From: Octopus sinensis
Taxonomy: Eukaryota
Assembly (NCBI RefSeq): GCF_006345805.1
Contig: NC_043006.1
Span: 76,260,001-76,324,000 of the forward strand
DNA length: 64,000 nucleotides
Reading direction: 5' to 3'
Positions 25,463-39,498 of this stretch are shown piece by piece. Within the stretch, counting starts at the first letter, position 1, and every line of letters starts with the position of its first letter. A program made the translations under genes and the position numbers. The notes beneath the pieces were generated by a model. It had not been told where the DNA came from. It made no database searches and was given only the letters and a program-made list of their open reading frames with translations.

Positions 25463-26707
25463 TAGACGGGGGTTTTTCAAAATAGTGGAAACACCTAGCA
25501 TCACACCATCATAATTTTGAGATATCTATAAAACCATAAAAATCTTGTCTATTTTTATCTTTTGGGTTTATTATTAATGTTGCTTAAGATGTTTTGCTAA
25601 TATTACTGTTTCTTTTTTTATATCATCACAAAAAAGGTAATTAAAATTCAATAAAATGACGGAGCTATTAGACTTTCAAAGAGGTCAAATTGTTGGTGCT
25701 CGTACGGAATGCGCTAGCGTAACGAAAACAGCTGAAATGTTTGGTCTATCAAAAAGTACAACCTTTGACTAAGAGAGAAAAACCTCCTCGTCGAAACAAA
25801 ATTCCGGAAGAAAACCAAAACTTTCAGAGAGGGACCGTCGGATTCTTACGCGAATTATTAGAAAGGATCACAAAAGTACAGTTCCCAAAATAACTGCAGA
25901 GCTTAATGACCACCTCGAGAACCTAGTTTCCACCAAAACTGTTTGCCATGAGCTGCACAAAGCCGAATTTAACTGGAGGGCTGCAATCTTAAAACCACTA
26001 CTTTCAAAAGAAACGTTGCAAAGCGTTTAGAGTGAAATAAAAACCTACAGAATTAGTCACTTAAGCAGTGGAAGGAAGTTAATTTCTCGGACGGGTCATC
26101 CTTTACCTTATTTCCGACCAGCGGTTGAGTATACGTGCGGAGACAGCCAAAAGAAGCATTTGACTCAGTCTGCCTTCTACCAGCGGTTAAACATGGAGGA
26201 GGATATGTGTTGATCTGGGGAGCTATATCTTGGAAATTCGCCTTATTTGCAGAATTAACAGTCAAGACTTTTAAAGTATGTTATCTGAACAAATTCATCC
26301 TATTGTTGCGGAGGTGTTTCCAGAGGGAAACGCAATCTTTCAGGAAGATAATGCACCAATTCACACAGCTAAAATTGTTACTGAATGGCACAAGGAAAAT
26401 TCTAGTGAAGTTGAACATCTTATCTGGCCACCACAGTCCCCAGGTCTCAATATTATAGAACATTTACGGTGCAATTTAGGAATACAAGTAATGGAGCCGA
26501 TATCTTCCACCATCATTACTACAAGAACTAGAGACTGTTTTAGCAAAATAATGGACGAAAATACCTTTGGAAACAATTCCAACTGTGTATGAGACCATAC
26601 CTCTTAGACTGCAAGCTGTAAATACTGGCAAAGGCGGTCCTACCACATATTAAATTAAATTTGTTTCAAATTTTAAGGTGTTTCCATTATTTTGTCCAAT
26701 CTCTGTA
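25463..26707 (+). mobile_element. Tc1/mariner DNA transposon with disrupted DD34E-type transposase (~25656-26653)
   Basis: TIR core CAAAATAGTGGAAACACCT (25478-25496) / AGGTGTTTCCATTATTTTG (26676-26694), TA flanks; MTELLDFQRGQIVG..., WKEVNFSDGSSF, VKHGGGYVLIWG, IFQEDNAPIHTA, WPPQSPGLNIIEHL, KGGPTTY*. Confidence 0.92.
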
Positions 26708-26738
26708 TATATACACATACATACATGTACATAAACAT

Positions 26739-26773
<35 letters not shown>

Positions 26774-27140
26774 GAAAGATATATATATATATATATACAT
26801 ACATATATACATACCTACATCTATATATTATTTATACATACACATATGCATATACATACATATATATATATATATAGAGAGAGAGAGCAAGAAACATATA
26901 TATATACACACACACATATATATACACATATATATATACATACATATATATACATGCTTATGTATACATATATAAACATACGAACATACATAAATATACA
27001 TATACATACACACATATACATACATATGTATACATATATATCTACGTCCATACACACACACATATTTATATATATAAGTACATGTATATAAACGTACATA
27101 TATGCATTCGTACATATATACATATTGATACATACAAAAT

Positions 27141-27455
27141 TAAAATGAGGGTGAAAAATTGGTTATTAATTTGATAACATCAATTTTAACACCAGTGTTC
27201 TAGCATATAAAAAAAAGGAACTTCAGTAAATAGTATTTCATACATAAATATAAGAAGTGATATTTTTTATATTTTACGCTAGAAGATCCACTATGGTCTT
27301 AACCAATAAGATTTGCTCTCCAGAAAAATTTAGCACATGAAAAACTTAAGCGAGCAAGACAAATGAAAAGTAACAAAAATATAGCGGATCTTCTTCCAGC
27401 GTAAGTGTTTCCACATAGTGGTTATAAAGATATTCCCCTTTTATATTTATTGATA
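27141..27455 (-). mobile_element. PLE-type terminal fragment with fold-back inversion
   Basis: AAAATGAGGGTGAAAAATT...ACCAGTGTTCTAGCAT start resembles 14021 and 20758; imperfect inverted arms ~27241-27294 / 27381-27450. Confidence 0.55.
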
Positions 27456-28168
27456 CATACATATATATATATATACATACACCACCCCACATACACGCAC
27501 ACACACATATATATATGTATATAATCGGCAATCAACTTACGCTATTGAGATTTTCTCATTGCCGTTCTTAAAGCCACACCATTGTATACAATACTTTTAT
27601 TGACTGCAAAATTCGTGTGTTAGTTTGTCGTAAAGAAGCAATTGTAAATCGAAACATTCTCCATTATTTCAAGGACTTATAAATATTTCATATTCCAAAG
27701 TGAAGATAAAATATCAATAGAAAAACGATTTCGGAGAACTAAAAATCTTCTAAGGATCGAATAGTGACCGAATTTTAAACAAAATTCTCTTTCATATATT
27801 GTAGAAAGTTTTATTCTTTGAAGGTGTTCACGGAGTTGAAACGTAATAAATGTGAGGCCTTTTATTCTTTCGAAATCAAAGATCACAAAATTTGTGGAAG
27901 AACGGGCAATCTATTACAGTAAACCTAAAATATTTAATTAATGTATTACTATAGTATTATCCCTGATTCTTTCAGATGAGATCTAAAATGGGATAACGTA
28001 TTAATGCTGGAAACCGAGAGGAAATCGCTTACACTTATATTGGCAAAAAGAAAGAGACACAAACGCACTTATAAAAATCTATATATATTTATGCATTTAT
28101 GTACGTATGTTTGTATGTATGTACATATATATAAATATATATCTATTTCTGTGTATCTATATCTATTC

Positions 28169-28417
<249 letters not shown>

Positions 28418-28498
28418 GGAGTAAACACATAAATGTGAAACAAGGTGGAAAAAGTACTCAAATACCAGTGGTAGAGTAATATGCTTTATTTAAATAAA

Positions 28499-28531
<33 letters not shown>

Positions 28532-28550
28532 AGCATATTATTTTATTCCA

Positions 28551-29150
28551 TTTCATGTTTCAGCCCTAAGACTGTGCCCATGATGGGGCACTGCCAGTTT
28601 AATCACGCTTTGAATGGCCAATTTTATGTCAGTGATTTTTGGTGAAAGAGAGAGACAGCTTAACTCTGTTGCACACTTTTGAGTTTCCTGACCTCATATT
28701 TTCATCTGGGATCCTGGTTAACAGGAGGGCAAGTTGTTTCTTGAAAACATCTAACCTCACGTGTTTTGGTAAAGCGTCAAATAGCTGTAGGCTTTTTAAA
28801 GATATTTTTGACAGCCCTATCTTCTTTTTCGAGCACTCTGCAGTTCATGGGAGGGTATGAGTTCGTTTTCGATCTCACGAAATATCTGAGATAAAACAGT
28901 TGAATCCTCCTATCTCCCGGAATTACATTTTCCATTTCTCTCGTGTTCTTTCCGGAGCAAACTTACTGCATATATCATGCATGATTGTCATAATGTGCAA
29001 CACCTTTATATTAGTATCTTGAGAAGCAGGGACTGCTAAACAAGTTTTGTTCTGTCACTGCTTTCTGAAAAGCCTTCTAAAATGCTTTGTGAAAGATGAG
29101 GCTGGAGACAAGTTGGGTGCTTCTAGTAGCCTGTATGATTGTAGTCTTAT
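28551..29150 (-). pseudogene. Highly degraded CR1/L2-type LINE 3' end
   Basis: Minus strand LQLFDALPKHVRLDVFKKQLALLLTRIPDE (compare 57890 copy) and 3' UTR GGCAGTGCCCCATCATGGGCACAG...CTGAAACA at 28551-28595. Confidence 0.65.
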
Positions 29151-29346
29151 ACATATATACACAAATCGATATATATATATACATACATAGGTATATATAT
29201 CAATACATACACATACACACATATATTAATGTATATACAACTAAATATGCATAACTATCTATATCTATACATGTATCTCTACATATATATGTAAGTGTGT
29301 GTATATGAATATATATATATGTATATATAAATGTGTATATACAAAT

Positions 29347-29377
<31 letters not shown>

Positions 29378-29627
29378 TGTATATACACATTTATATATAC
29401 ATATATATATATTCATATACACACACTTACATATATATTTAGAGATACATGTATAAATATAGATAGTTATGCATATTTAGTTGTATATACATTAATATAT
29501 GTGTGTATGTGTATATATTGATATGTATACCTATGTATGTATATATATATATCGGTTTGTGTATATATATGTATAAGACTACAATCATACAGGCTACTAG
29601 AAGCACCCAACTTGTCTCCAGCCTCAT
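29096..29627. repeat. ~530-bp near-perfect palindrome centred on a (TA)n tract
   Basis: ATGAGGCTGGAGACAAGTTGGGTGCTTCTAGTAGCC... mirrored by ...GGCTACTAGAAGCACCCAACTTGTCTCCAGCCTCAT; arms ~260 bp with a few substitutions. Confidence 0.95.
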
Positions 29628-29854
29628 ATATATATATATGCGTATATATATATATATGTATATATATATATGTATAAATGTAGATATGTATATATAAATA
29701 TATATATGTGTATATATAAATGTATATATATACACACATATATATATATATGTGTGTGTGTGTCTGTAAATATATATGTATTTATAGATTATTAAATACA
29801 TATATAAATATATATATATGTATATATTGTATATAAATATATATATATATGTAT

Positions 29855-29918
<64 letters not shown>

Positions 29919-30084
29919 TTACATATATAAATATGTGCATGCATTTACATATATATTTACACATACACACAATCACACTTATAAATATATGTACATATAT
30001 GCATGTATCTATATAAATTCATATATGTATGTATATATGTATGCATGTATGTAGGTAGGTAGGTAAGTAGGTTGGTAGGTATAT

Positions 30085-31100
30085 TTTTTACTTACCAGTT
30101 CCAGTTTGGGTGCTGAAGCAATAATTGTCACCGCCGTTAGCCTTGCTACACTTTCACTACTTGAAATCTGCTCTGATATATTGCATATTCTGAATAAGTG
30201 AGTTTGACGTTGTTCCTCTTATCAACTTCATACGGAAGCCTTAACAAGAGGAGATCTCGGCTTGTTTTGCAGACGCGTACAACTAACCCATATATGTCTC
30301 TCATTCTTTTGGGAGGAATATTGAAGAGATATCTGGTCCTGTATCCTGGAAGCAACATCGGGATTTTTGTCATTATGCAGCAGCACTCTATTCTGCCGTT
30401 TGTGAAACTTTCAATACCAAATTTGTTACAAAATTGTCTAACATTTTCCAGATGTATTACACTGCAAATCTTTCCCGCCTTCGTTATGGGTAGTAGAGGC
30501 TTAACTTGTTCAGTTTCTCTTAGTAACTGACATGTCACGTCGAGACGATCTTTGTGTAACTTTGCTGGATTGCTTCGTATTCCATCGTTAATATTACAGT
30601 GTGGTGACCATATTTGCGAGCATTAATCTAATCTGCTGAAGATAAATATTCTCTAAGAGGACCTTCATTGTTTCCTGCTCTCATGATTTGAAGGATCTTA
30701 CAGTCCATTCGGCCAACCTTCTTATTTTATTGCCAACTTAGTAATATTCACCTGGAATGATGCATCATTGCTCATGTCAATTTCAAGGTCGTACACTAAT
30801 TTTGATTCGGAGATAGCAATCTCTGCTGGGGCCAAAGTATCTTATCTGCTTTTCAGTCAGCTTCGTGTGTTTGTAGAGCAAGACTTAGAATTCTGCCACA
30901 TGAAACTGCATATCATTATCATCATCAGTTCACCTGTATATTGTGTCCAACTACTGCTGCAGATGCGCAACGTCTCTAGGGTTGTGTATCCTCTCAGAGA
31001 CTTTTGTATTATCTGCATTGCTAGAAAGTGTGGGTATCTGAGCAGCTAAAGACATGCCTCTGAGGGCAAATATGAATAGCAGTGACCTTTGGGACAAAAC
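30085..31100 (-). pseudogene. Degraded CR1/L2-type LINE 3' kilobase (RT C-terminus and 3' UTR)
   Basis: Minus strand [10 protein letters not shown]...SNADNTKVS...LQQ*LDTIYR...DLEIDMSNDASFQVNI, then LFNIPPKRMRDIYG...LLLRLPYE; tail GTGTAGCAAGGCTAACGGCGGTG matches 58179-58200. Confidence 0.75.
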
Positions 31101-31164
31101 TCATCATTTACTTTATGTATATACACACACACAAACAAATTTACAAACCCACACACACGCACAC

Positions 31165-31228
<64 letters not shown>

Positions 31229-31779
31229 GAAGGTATGTATACTTACATATATGTACTTCTTTCCATCATCTACTGCACTTCGCTTTGTCTATCTTTTTTA
31301 GGACTGTCCAGCTCCGTTTATCTTATTTTCACTTGGCAAATTCTCTCTACCTATTTCCAACACGTCTCTGCAAAATCAAGAGTGAATTATTAACACCATA
31401 TAAGCCACACTTCACGTGCCAAAATAACATAGATATAAAACTGAGAAGATGCACAGAAAATTTTTGGTTCCAGTTAATATATCGGCATTAGTCCACTGAG
31501 GTCATACTTTATCATTCATAAATTGTATAGAAACATTGAAACTGAATCATTGATCTCTTTCTTATACTCGGATCAATTTTCTACTAGCAATGCCGATATG
31601 ATATACATGGTCTGAGTCGAACATACACTAAACCTGTCTTGTTATAAATCAGTTTCCTCAAACTGAATTATGTTTCTGTAAAAGAATTGGCTCGGTTAAA
31701 ATTCATATCTCATTTTTAAGATTACAGTGAATATCTGTCTGGGTGTCTATGTACCTATATAACTTTTCCCCCTGTCTGG

Positions 31780-31812
<33 letters not shown>

Positions 31813-31886
31813 GAAGCGAGATACATACGCCCACACACGGCACAATCTTATTTAAAATGTACGTATATACACCATATATACTATGG

Positions 31887-31955
<69 letters not shown>

Positions 31956-32085
31956 CATACATATTTCTCTGTCTGTCTGTCTCTCCCTATCTCTCTCTCT
32001 CTCTCTCTCTATAGATATATATATATATATACATACATACGTAATACATATATGTTTGTGTGTGTGTGTGTATGTGTTACATACG

Positions 32086-32132
<47 letters not shown>

Positions 32133-32868
32133 ATATATAGATAGATAGATAGGTAGATACATACATATATACATATTTCTCTGTCTGTCTATCTCTCTCT
32201 CGCGCGCACTCTCTCTCTCCCTCTTTCTCTCTCTCTATATATACACACACACACATATATATATATATATACGTATACATTTCTTCATGCCCCAATAATT
32301 CGATTCGGTTGAATAGTCTTTAGGAGACTTGCCAAATGACGCATTAACTCTCAATATTTCCTTACTTGGAAAACTAGGAATGACTAAAAAAAAACATTTC
32401 ACTCTTAAATGATTTATTTGAAAATTACAAATTTATTTCAAGCTTGACTTTTCTAATTCTAAATACACCATAATTCTTCAGGAAAAAAAAACAGAACGAT
32501 TTTCATTGGCTTTTATCATGCGTACAAGAATTCTATGTTATGCACCTTTTGTCCCAAAGTAAATAAATTTTATGCATGCTGAAGTTAAGCAAATTAAGGA
32601 CAGCACAGTACTATCCAAAATGATATTTGCCTAATTATAGTTAATTTTATTTGTATTATTTTTAGTTATTTCTCTTTCTTTCTTGCATGATATATCTAGC
32701 ATTCTTTTACTTTTGTGGGTGGGAGAGGATTTTTTTAATTTATCGTTCCATCGTATTATTAGCAATTCCTTTGAGTCATTATGGACAATAGTGATATTTC
32801 ATATATGTCAGTGTCACGACAAAATCACATTTCTGATTATCTAAAGTAGGAAAATGAGAAAGGGAACC

Positions 32869-33087
32869 AATAATAATAATAATAATGATGCTAATAATAA
32901 CAATAACAACAACAATAATAATAATAATAATAATAACAATAACAACAACAATAATAATAATAACAATAACAATAATAATAATAACAATAACAACAACAAT
33001 AATAATAATAATAATAACAATAACAACAATAATAATAATAATAACAATAACTACAGCAATAATAATAACAATAACAATAACAACAAC

Positions 33088-33124
<37 letters not shown>

Positions 33125-33135
33125 TAATAATAATA
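32869..33135. repeat. (AAT/AAC)n microsatellite
   Basis: Directly visible; explains poly-N/I/L/Y ORFs. Confidence 0.95.
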
Positions 33136-33138
33136 AAC

Positions 33139-33669
33139 TGTCCTGATGCAGTACCAGACAGTAGCACTCATGGCTTTTCATCTTAACTGAGTGGAAGTGT
33201 TATGTACATTGTTTTGCCTGGGTATAAAAGATGGGCTACAGCAAATATTCTGCTCAATATCACAGATTTGCTTGTCAGTTGCTTGACATTAACCACTTGA
33301 GCATGTCCCTTAGTGGATGACGATATGTACATCTCTGATCACGCGCAGACGTAATGGGGGAGCATCATACCCGTGTGTTGAAAGGAATTCTTGGAAACAT
33401 GGGTGGTTCGTTTAACATCTTTAAACAATCCTTATTAAGGGACCTTTTGAGCGGGATGGGCTACTCGACCAGACGAAAATTCTAACTGGGCCCCACCTGC
33501 AAGGTCATGTGCTGTTTATCTTGATATGAGATCACCATGTCGCGCTCATATGGTTGTGATGCATGTGACTGGTGTACACTTATCACACAAGTAGTCATGA
33601 TGGGTGTACTGGGCTTCGTATATTTGTACCCCAGTGTCACTTTGATGGCATGCACTGCTCTCTCACTCA
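33139..33669. mobile_element. Unclassified GC-richer insertion between two (AAT)n arrays
   Basis: Sharp composition change with (AAT)n on both sides; no protein motif recognised. Confidence 0.4.
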
Positions 33670-33672
33670 ATG

Positions 33673-33724
<52 letters not shown>

Positions 33725-33754
33725 TAATTAATAATAATAATATCTCTAAATTTG

Positions 33755-34325
33755 GCAAGGTAGGGAGCTGACAGAATCCTTAACACTTTGGCAAAATGCA
33801 TAGCGCCATTTTGTCCGTGTGTACGTTCTGAGTTCAAATCCCGACGAAGTTCAGTTTGCCTTTCTTCCTTTCGGGGTTGATGAAATAAGTACCAGTTTAA
33901 TGCTAGAGATGATGTAATCGGCCAGCCCTCTGCTCACCCAAATTTCAAGCCATGTGCTTTTAACAAAAAGGATTATTTCTAAATGTGACGCAGGCCGGGG
34001 ACTTTTAATGGACGTGAAAGTCGGTTATATCGACCTCTAGTGCTCAACTGGTAATTTTATCGAACCTAACAGGATGTATGACAAAGGAAACTTCGGTGAC
34101 ACTTGAACTCCGAACATGAAGCCAGAAGAAATGCCGCTAAGCATTTTTGGTGGCGTGGTAAGCACCTGCCAACTGAGCGACTTAATACTGATGAAAATGT
34201 TCTTTTTTACTATAGGCGCAAGGCTTGAAATTTTGGAGGCGGACGCGAATCTATTATATCAACATAACTTCTCAAGTGTTACATGTTTTATCGTCTCCAA
34301 AGGATGAAAGGCAAAGTCGATCACG
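33755..34325. mobile_element. Three degraded family A SINEs (+ 33755-33975, - 33976-34180, - 34201-34325)
   Basis: GTTCTGAGTTCAAATCCC on +; GAAATGCCGCTAAGCATTTT and AAAGGATGAAAGGCAAAGTCGA as minus-strand copies. Confidence 0.7.
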
Positions 34326-34662
34326 ACTATGCAGTTGATTTGCGGAATATTTTTTGAAGAAAGTATTAGCAACAAATAAACAATAATAGGTTTGTAATGG
34401 TTTTATTGAGTGAGTCTTCTAATTTTCCGCAGTCAATACCGTCGTCAGATGTTTGTGTAGCGATGCCAACTACTAAATATATCTCGAATATGTTTCATAT
34501 AAAATTATCTGTAACATGCGCATACACTCACATACAGCACTGTAACAAGCGCATACAATTAAATAGACACAAATAACAAAAGAAAACACGCATATATATA
34601 TTTTTATAAGAATTTTTTGCGTAATGAGATAAAAACCAAAGCTGTGTAGGTACATTTATAAG

Positions 34663-34714
34663 GTCTTACAGCTGTTTCCAGGATATTTATTAATTATATC
34701 CCTTCATCGGAGAC
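34663..34714 (-). ncRNA. Type I hammerhead ribozyme (U4C core variant) inside an inverted repeat
   Basis: Reverse complement GUCU-CCGAUGA-aGGGAUAU...AUAUCCUg-GAAA-CAGCUG-UA-AGAC; flanking arms 34612-34649 / 34744-34782. Confidence 0.7.
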
Positions 34715-35063
34715 GGTGTGAGAGCATGGTTAAGTTCTAGCATCTATACAGCCTTGGTCTTTTATCTCATTACGCAAAGAATGTGTATATACATACGCTG
34801 ACATAGGACCAAAGTTGAACCCCTTATTCGCAAAATTACCGAGCCTGGAACTTAACTACGGTCTGTCGATATCACTCATTCAGCATTACCTTACACTTGT
34901 GGGTCTCAATGAAACCATTACCTCTTATATATATATATATATACGAACACACACATACTTCTTCGTGTTATGATGTGGATCAACGAAGCAAAAAAAGATT
35001 ACTGACAAATATATATACATTACCCTATGGATTAGGAATATTTTTCTTTCGCATAAAATCAGA

Positions 35064-35104
<41 letters not shown>

Positions 35105-36370
35105 ATACACGCCCACATGTATATACCAGTGTGCTCCTATACACGTACATACTTGTACTTATACGTGTGTGCATGTGTTTGTATGTATATTTTGAAAGAG
35201 GCATCATTAATGTAGTTAACGATTTCAAACACAACTACTATTACCGAACTCCACCAAACAAATCGTCCCGTACACGAACAAATAGTAAACTGCAGGCACT
35301 CTTTTTTAATGTATGTGTTATTGGGATTGATTACTTCTACACACATAAAATGTCCTGCTAGGGTGTAAAAAGTAGCGTAATTCCAATAAAGCTCTCAAGT
35401 GTAATCCTAATAAGGTTGAACAATGGAGAGAAAAACAATGGCCACAGCTGGAATTTTTGTCAAGTGTTCTATCATAGCTGAATATTTGATAGGTCAAGAC
35501 TCAACTTGCATTTTCACCCTTAGCTTGGAGAAATTGTTCAAATTCCAGTGCCAAAATGCTTAAATAGAATAATGAAAATGCATGCAAGAATGCTAAGTCT
35601 CTAATCAAGGACATTCAGAAACGTTACGTATATTACTATTCACCAACAAACATGATACCAATTTTAATTTACATGATACCAATTTGAAATCTGCGACGAA
35701 GAACGGAACCCGTAACAAATTTAATTTATGATGGAACTATAAAACTGGCATCAAATACCTTCCCTTAGTTTGTATTTTCTTGCCTTTTATTAATAATATT
35801 ACCGAATATGAACCCCATAATCAGGTACATTACAAAGTATCCTTTTCTATAAGTATTTGTTCGTATTTTGTCTAAATTTTCCTGATAGTTACATAAATAT
35901 TTGATAGACAACCAAGAATTAGTATTCCTAACATTTCATTACTAAGGTGTGTGAATTTTCCTTGAAAAACATTAACAAAGTTCACAAACTACATGTGAAT
36001 TGAAGTACTGATAAGAATAAATAACTCCTAAATAATTATTTCGGATGGGCTACTCTACCAAGAGTTATGTGATCGCAGGAAACCACGTCATAAATTCCAG
36101 CCACGTGTTATTCTTGCCAACTAATATTTTCGATTTCCTGAACTACCGTGAAAGAAACTAGGAATTCCTCCAAAGCTTATATCCTTCACATATATCTCAG
36201 TTAGAATCGGTGTGGCATAATATGGCAAATAGGATCTTGGAATTTCAGAAAATTTACCTCATGTGTATAAAACCATTGTGTCACTAACCCAGTTCCATTA
36301 ACATGGTATCGATTGATCAGAAACAACAGAAAATGATACGAACATAAAATGCTAGTTCATAGGATGATAT

Positions 36371-36590
36371 AATAATAATGAAATTATTGCATACAGTGCT
36401 CAGGTGCACCACAACATGTCAAAAGTGCGTAGAAATATATGCACTAATGTACAAATGTCTGGAAAGCGAAGAGTGTATCAGTCAGATACATGCTTGCATG
36501 TGTATGGAGGGGAGAAAATCAGGTGCAGCGTTGGCAAATCTCAGGAAGCATGGAAGTTTTGAAGGATGCATCTCCGACAACTAACAACTG
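36371..36590 (-). mobile_element. Probable LINE 3' end with (ATT)n tail
   Basis: GC-richer block whose minus strand ends GTGGTGCACCTGAGCACTGTATGCAATAATTTCATTATTATT; clade not determinable by eye. Confidence 0.45.
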
Positions 36591-36829
36591 TATGTTGCGA
36601 GAATGTAGTAAACTTTAACTGTTCGTCCAGAATATACAAAGATGGCTAATATATAGTGACTTCTTTTAAAATTAGTATTTTGACCGCACTTTCTTTTCGC
36701 TTGTTTACGTCAATTCGATTCAAATTAAAATGAGAAATTATTCCGGAATCATAAATATCCCAGAGATGATAAAATCTCGTCTCAGACAATTTTGTTTGAA
36801 AAATTAATGAAAAATAACCTCTTCTATTC

Positions 36830-37021
36830 GTTTCAAATTTTGGTACAAAAGTAGCAGTTTCAGTGTAGGATTACCCCCGACCCACATGTTTAACTGGTAT
36901 TTATTTTATCGATTCAGAAAGGATGAAAGATAAACTAAACCTCAGCGGAATTTGATCTAAGAACGCGAAGACGGACAAAATGCTCAACGGCATATTGCCG
37001 TGCTAACAGTTCTGACAGCTC
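36830..37021 (-). mobile_element. Degraded SINE family A
   Basis: GAAAGGATGAAAGATAAACTAAACCTCAGCGGAATTTGA. Confidence 0.65.
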
Positions 37022-37113
37022 TAATATGAATTTTAAGAAGATATAATTTTTATGCTATTGTATTTTGTCACAAATTATGTTATTTTGGCTGAAGCATTTG
37101 AAATCGTGACTAG

Positions 37114-37341
37114 TTTACTCTTTACTCTTTTACTTGTTTCAGTCATTTGACTGGGGCCATGCTGGAGCACCGCCTTTAATCGAGCAACTCGAACCCGGGA
37201 CTTATTCTTTTGTAGGCCTAGTACTTATTCTATCAGTCTCTTTTACCGAACCGCTAAGTAACGGAGACATAAACACACCAGCATCGGTTGTCAAGCAGTG
37301 CTAGGGGGACAAACCCAGACACACAAACGCACACACGCATA

Positions 37342-37391
<50 letters not shown>

Positions 37392-37565
37392 ATACATATA
37401 TACGACGGGCTTCTTTCAGTTTCCGTCTACCAAATCCACTCACAAGGCTTTGGTCTGCCCGAGGCTATAGTAGAAGACACTTGCCCAAGGTGCCACGCAG
37501 TGGGACTGAACCCGGAATCATGTAGTTGGTAAACAAGGTACTTACCACACAGCCACTCCTGCGCC
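37114..37565 (-). mobile_element. SINE family C (tRNA head, internal TA/CA microsatellite, LINE-derived tail)
   Basis: Reverse complement GGCGCAGGAGTGGCTGTGTGGTAAG...GGTTCAGTCCC...GGATTTGGTAGACGGAAACTGAAAGAAGCCCGTCG...GGCGGTGCTCCAGCATGGCC...AAACAAGTAAAAGAG. Confidence 0.9.
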
Positions 37566-38564
37566 TTCTTCATTTTTATACACTTGAATTGTTTTGCACC
37601 ATTAAAAGCAGTAGGGACACCGTCGTAACACACGGCCAGTTGTGGGTATTTTTCTATTGAAAATATATTGTTTTGTAATACATTTATGAACGATCTCCAG
37701 GAAATTAAATCAGTGTAAAATAAAACAAAATATCAATATACAAAGAAAGTTTCATATGTATTTGAATGGTGTGTAATACATAGCAGGGAATATTCTTGTT
37801 TTACCTCGGTTTATATTTTCTGAACATTCACTGTAATATACGGCTGGTAAAAAACATATTGCCTACAAGTATTTTTATATGTGCAGTAGGTCGTATACTC
37901 AAATTACATATCCAAAAATACCGGTTATTAGTAATAACCACAGCAATGTCTGGGATGAAACAAGTGAAATATCTAACAGTTTACTTTATTTAATTCATTT
38001 AAAATCAATTCTAGTGGTGCAATGACGCAACTGTATCCTTCCTGATCAATTTTATCGAGTTTTTTTTTCTCTATTATCTAAACAATATATCTTTCGGAGC
38101 ATATTATCTAACATCTAATTTTTAGTGTACCATAGCTTAAAAAGTTTAAAACTGAAAAAAATTATTACTCTTTATAATAAAATAATCCATTTTCGTTGAA
38201 ACTATATTCAGCAATTTAACATCTGGATAATATAATACGCAGATATGTGACAATTATCACCACACAAAGCAATATATATAAAGAATTTATCAAATTTACC
38301 ATTTGTGTGAAAGTGATTGAGATGAAATATGTAAGTTTGGGAGAATTATTGCCCAGTTAACTCTCTGCTGAACGTTCAGCAATGTCGTACGTATGAACAA
38401 AAAATATATCCCATCTGGTCGCACTGAAGTGCAGGTTGTAATATAAATTATAGAGATGTAATTTATCGACCAGCAAATACTAACGTAAGTTGATAAATTG
38501 CGAGTAGGGAAATATTCTAATGCTTTAGGCAGAATATTTCATTAAGAATGAAAGAATAGTTACA

Positions 38565-39100
38565 AATATCCAGGTAGTTAGATTGCAGAATCATTTATGA
38601 ATATAATTGCAATGAGTGAATTGTTTCTAATTTAGGAACAAAGAGCACCAATTAAAATATTTGTCCCGTGCTATGTTTTATTTTATCGACCTTGGAAATG
38701 GTAATGTTGCCGTTGTCGGAATTTGAACTCTAAACAAAGAAGCGGAACAAATGTCCAGCAAGTGCTGGCGTTTCGTGGGACGAGAGTTCGTTGATCGAAT
38801 TGAACCATGTACTACATTGATATTATATATTATTGATTTCCAGAGAAGGAAATGTGTATTGATTTCAGTCGAACTCAATCCGTATAATGCAGAGTAAATA
38901 CTGCAAAGTATGTGGTTGAAGCACTGAGTATTCCGACAATTTATTGTCTTAGTGCAATAATGGCTTCTAATTTAGTCTGAAGACCAGTGGTTTTGAAGGT
39001 AAGGTCGACGCAACCGATCGGTACTTGACTGGCACTTAATTTTATCGAACCTGAGGAGACGAAAGGTAAGGTTGACCTCGGTTGGATTTGAATTCAGAAC
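38565..39100 (-). mobile_element. Two degraded family A SINEs
   Basis: TTTTATCGACC...CGGAATTTGAACTC and GAAAGGTAAGGTTGACCTCGGTTGGATTTGAATTCAGAAC. Confidence 0.55.
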
Positions 39101-39250
39101 ATATGTAAAGCATCGAAAAAAAAAAAAGAAGAGAAAACCAACTTTTACCCACTTTCTAACGAATCTGTCGATCCGTTGCCCTTGTAACGATTTCTAACTC
39201 TTTGTGGAAACAATCCAGCAAATTTCTCTTTGCGCATTACAAAAATACAT

Positions 39251-39498
39251 AAAGCGATCCTTCTTGAGCCATGCCAGGCTCGTAAAGGCCGGTTTCTCGG
39301 TTTCAGTTGTGTAGAAATTCCCCACCTGGACGGGACTCCGGTCCGTCGCAGGATATTTTTGGCCAGCTGAGTGGACTGGAACAACGTGAAATGAAGTGTT
39401 TTGCTCAAGAAGACAACGCATCGCCAGGTCCAGGATTCGAAACCGCAACCTTACGATCATGAGCTCAACACTCTAACCATTAAGCCACGCGCCTCCAC
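39251..39498 (-). mobile_element. SINE family B
   Basis: Reverse complement GTGGAGGCGCGTGGCTTAATGGTTAGAG...GGTTTCGAATCCTGG; ACAAAAATA at 39239-39247 and 39499-39507 is a possible TSD. Confidence 0.88.

Noticed and set aside
31946-32280. Local duplication of a compound microsatellite
   Set aside because: Ordinary slippage or unequal exchange in low-complexity DNA.
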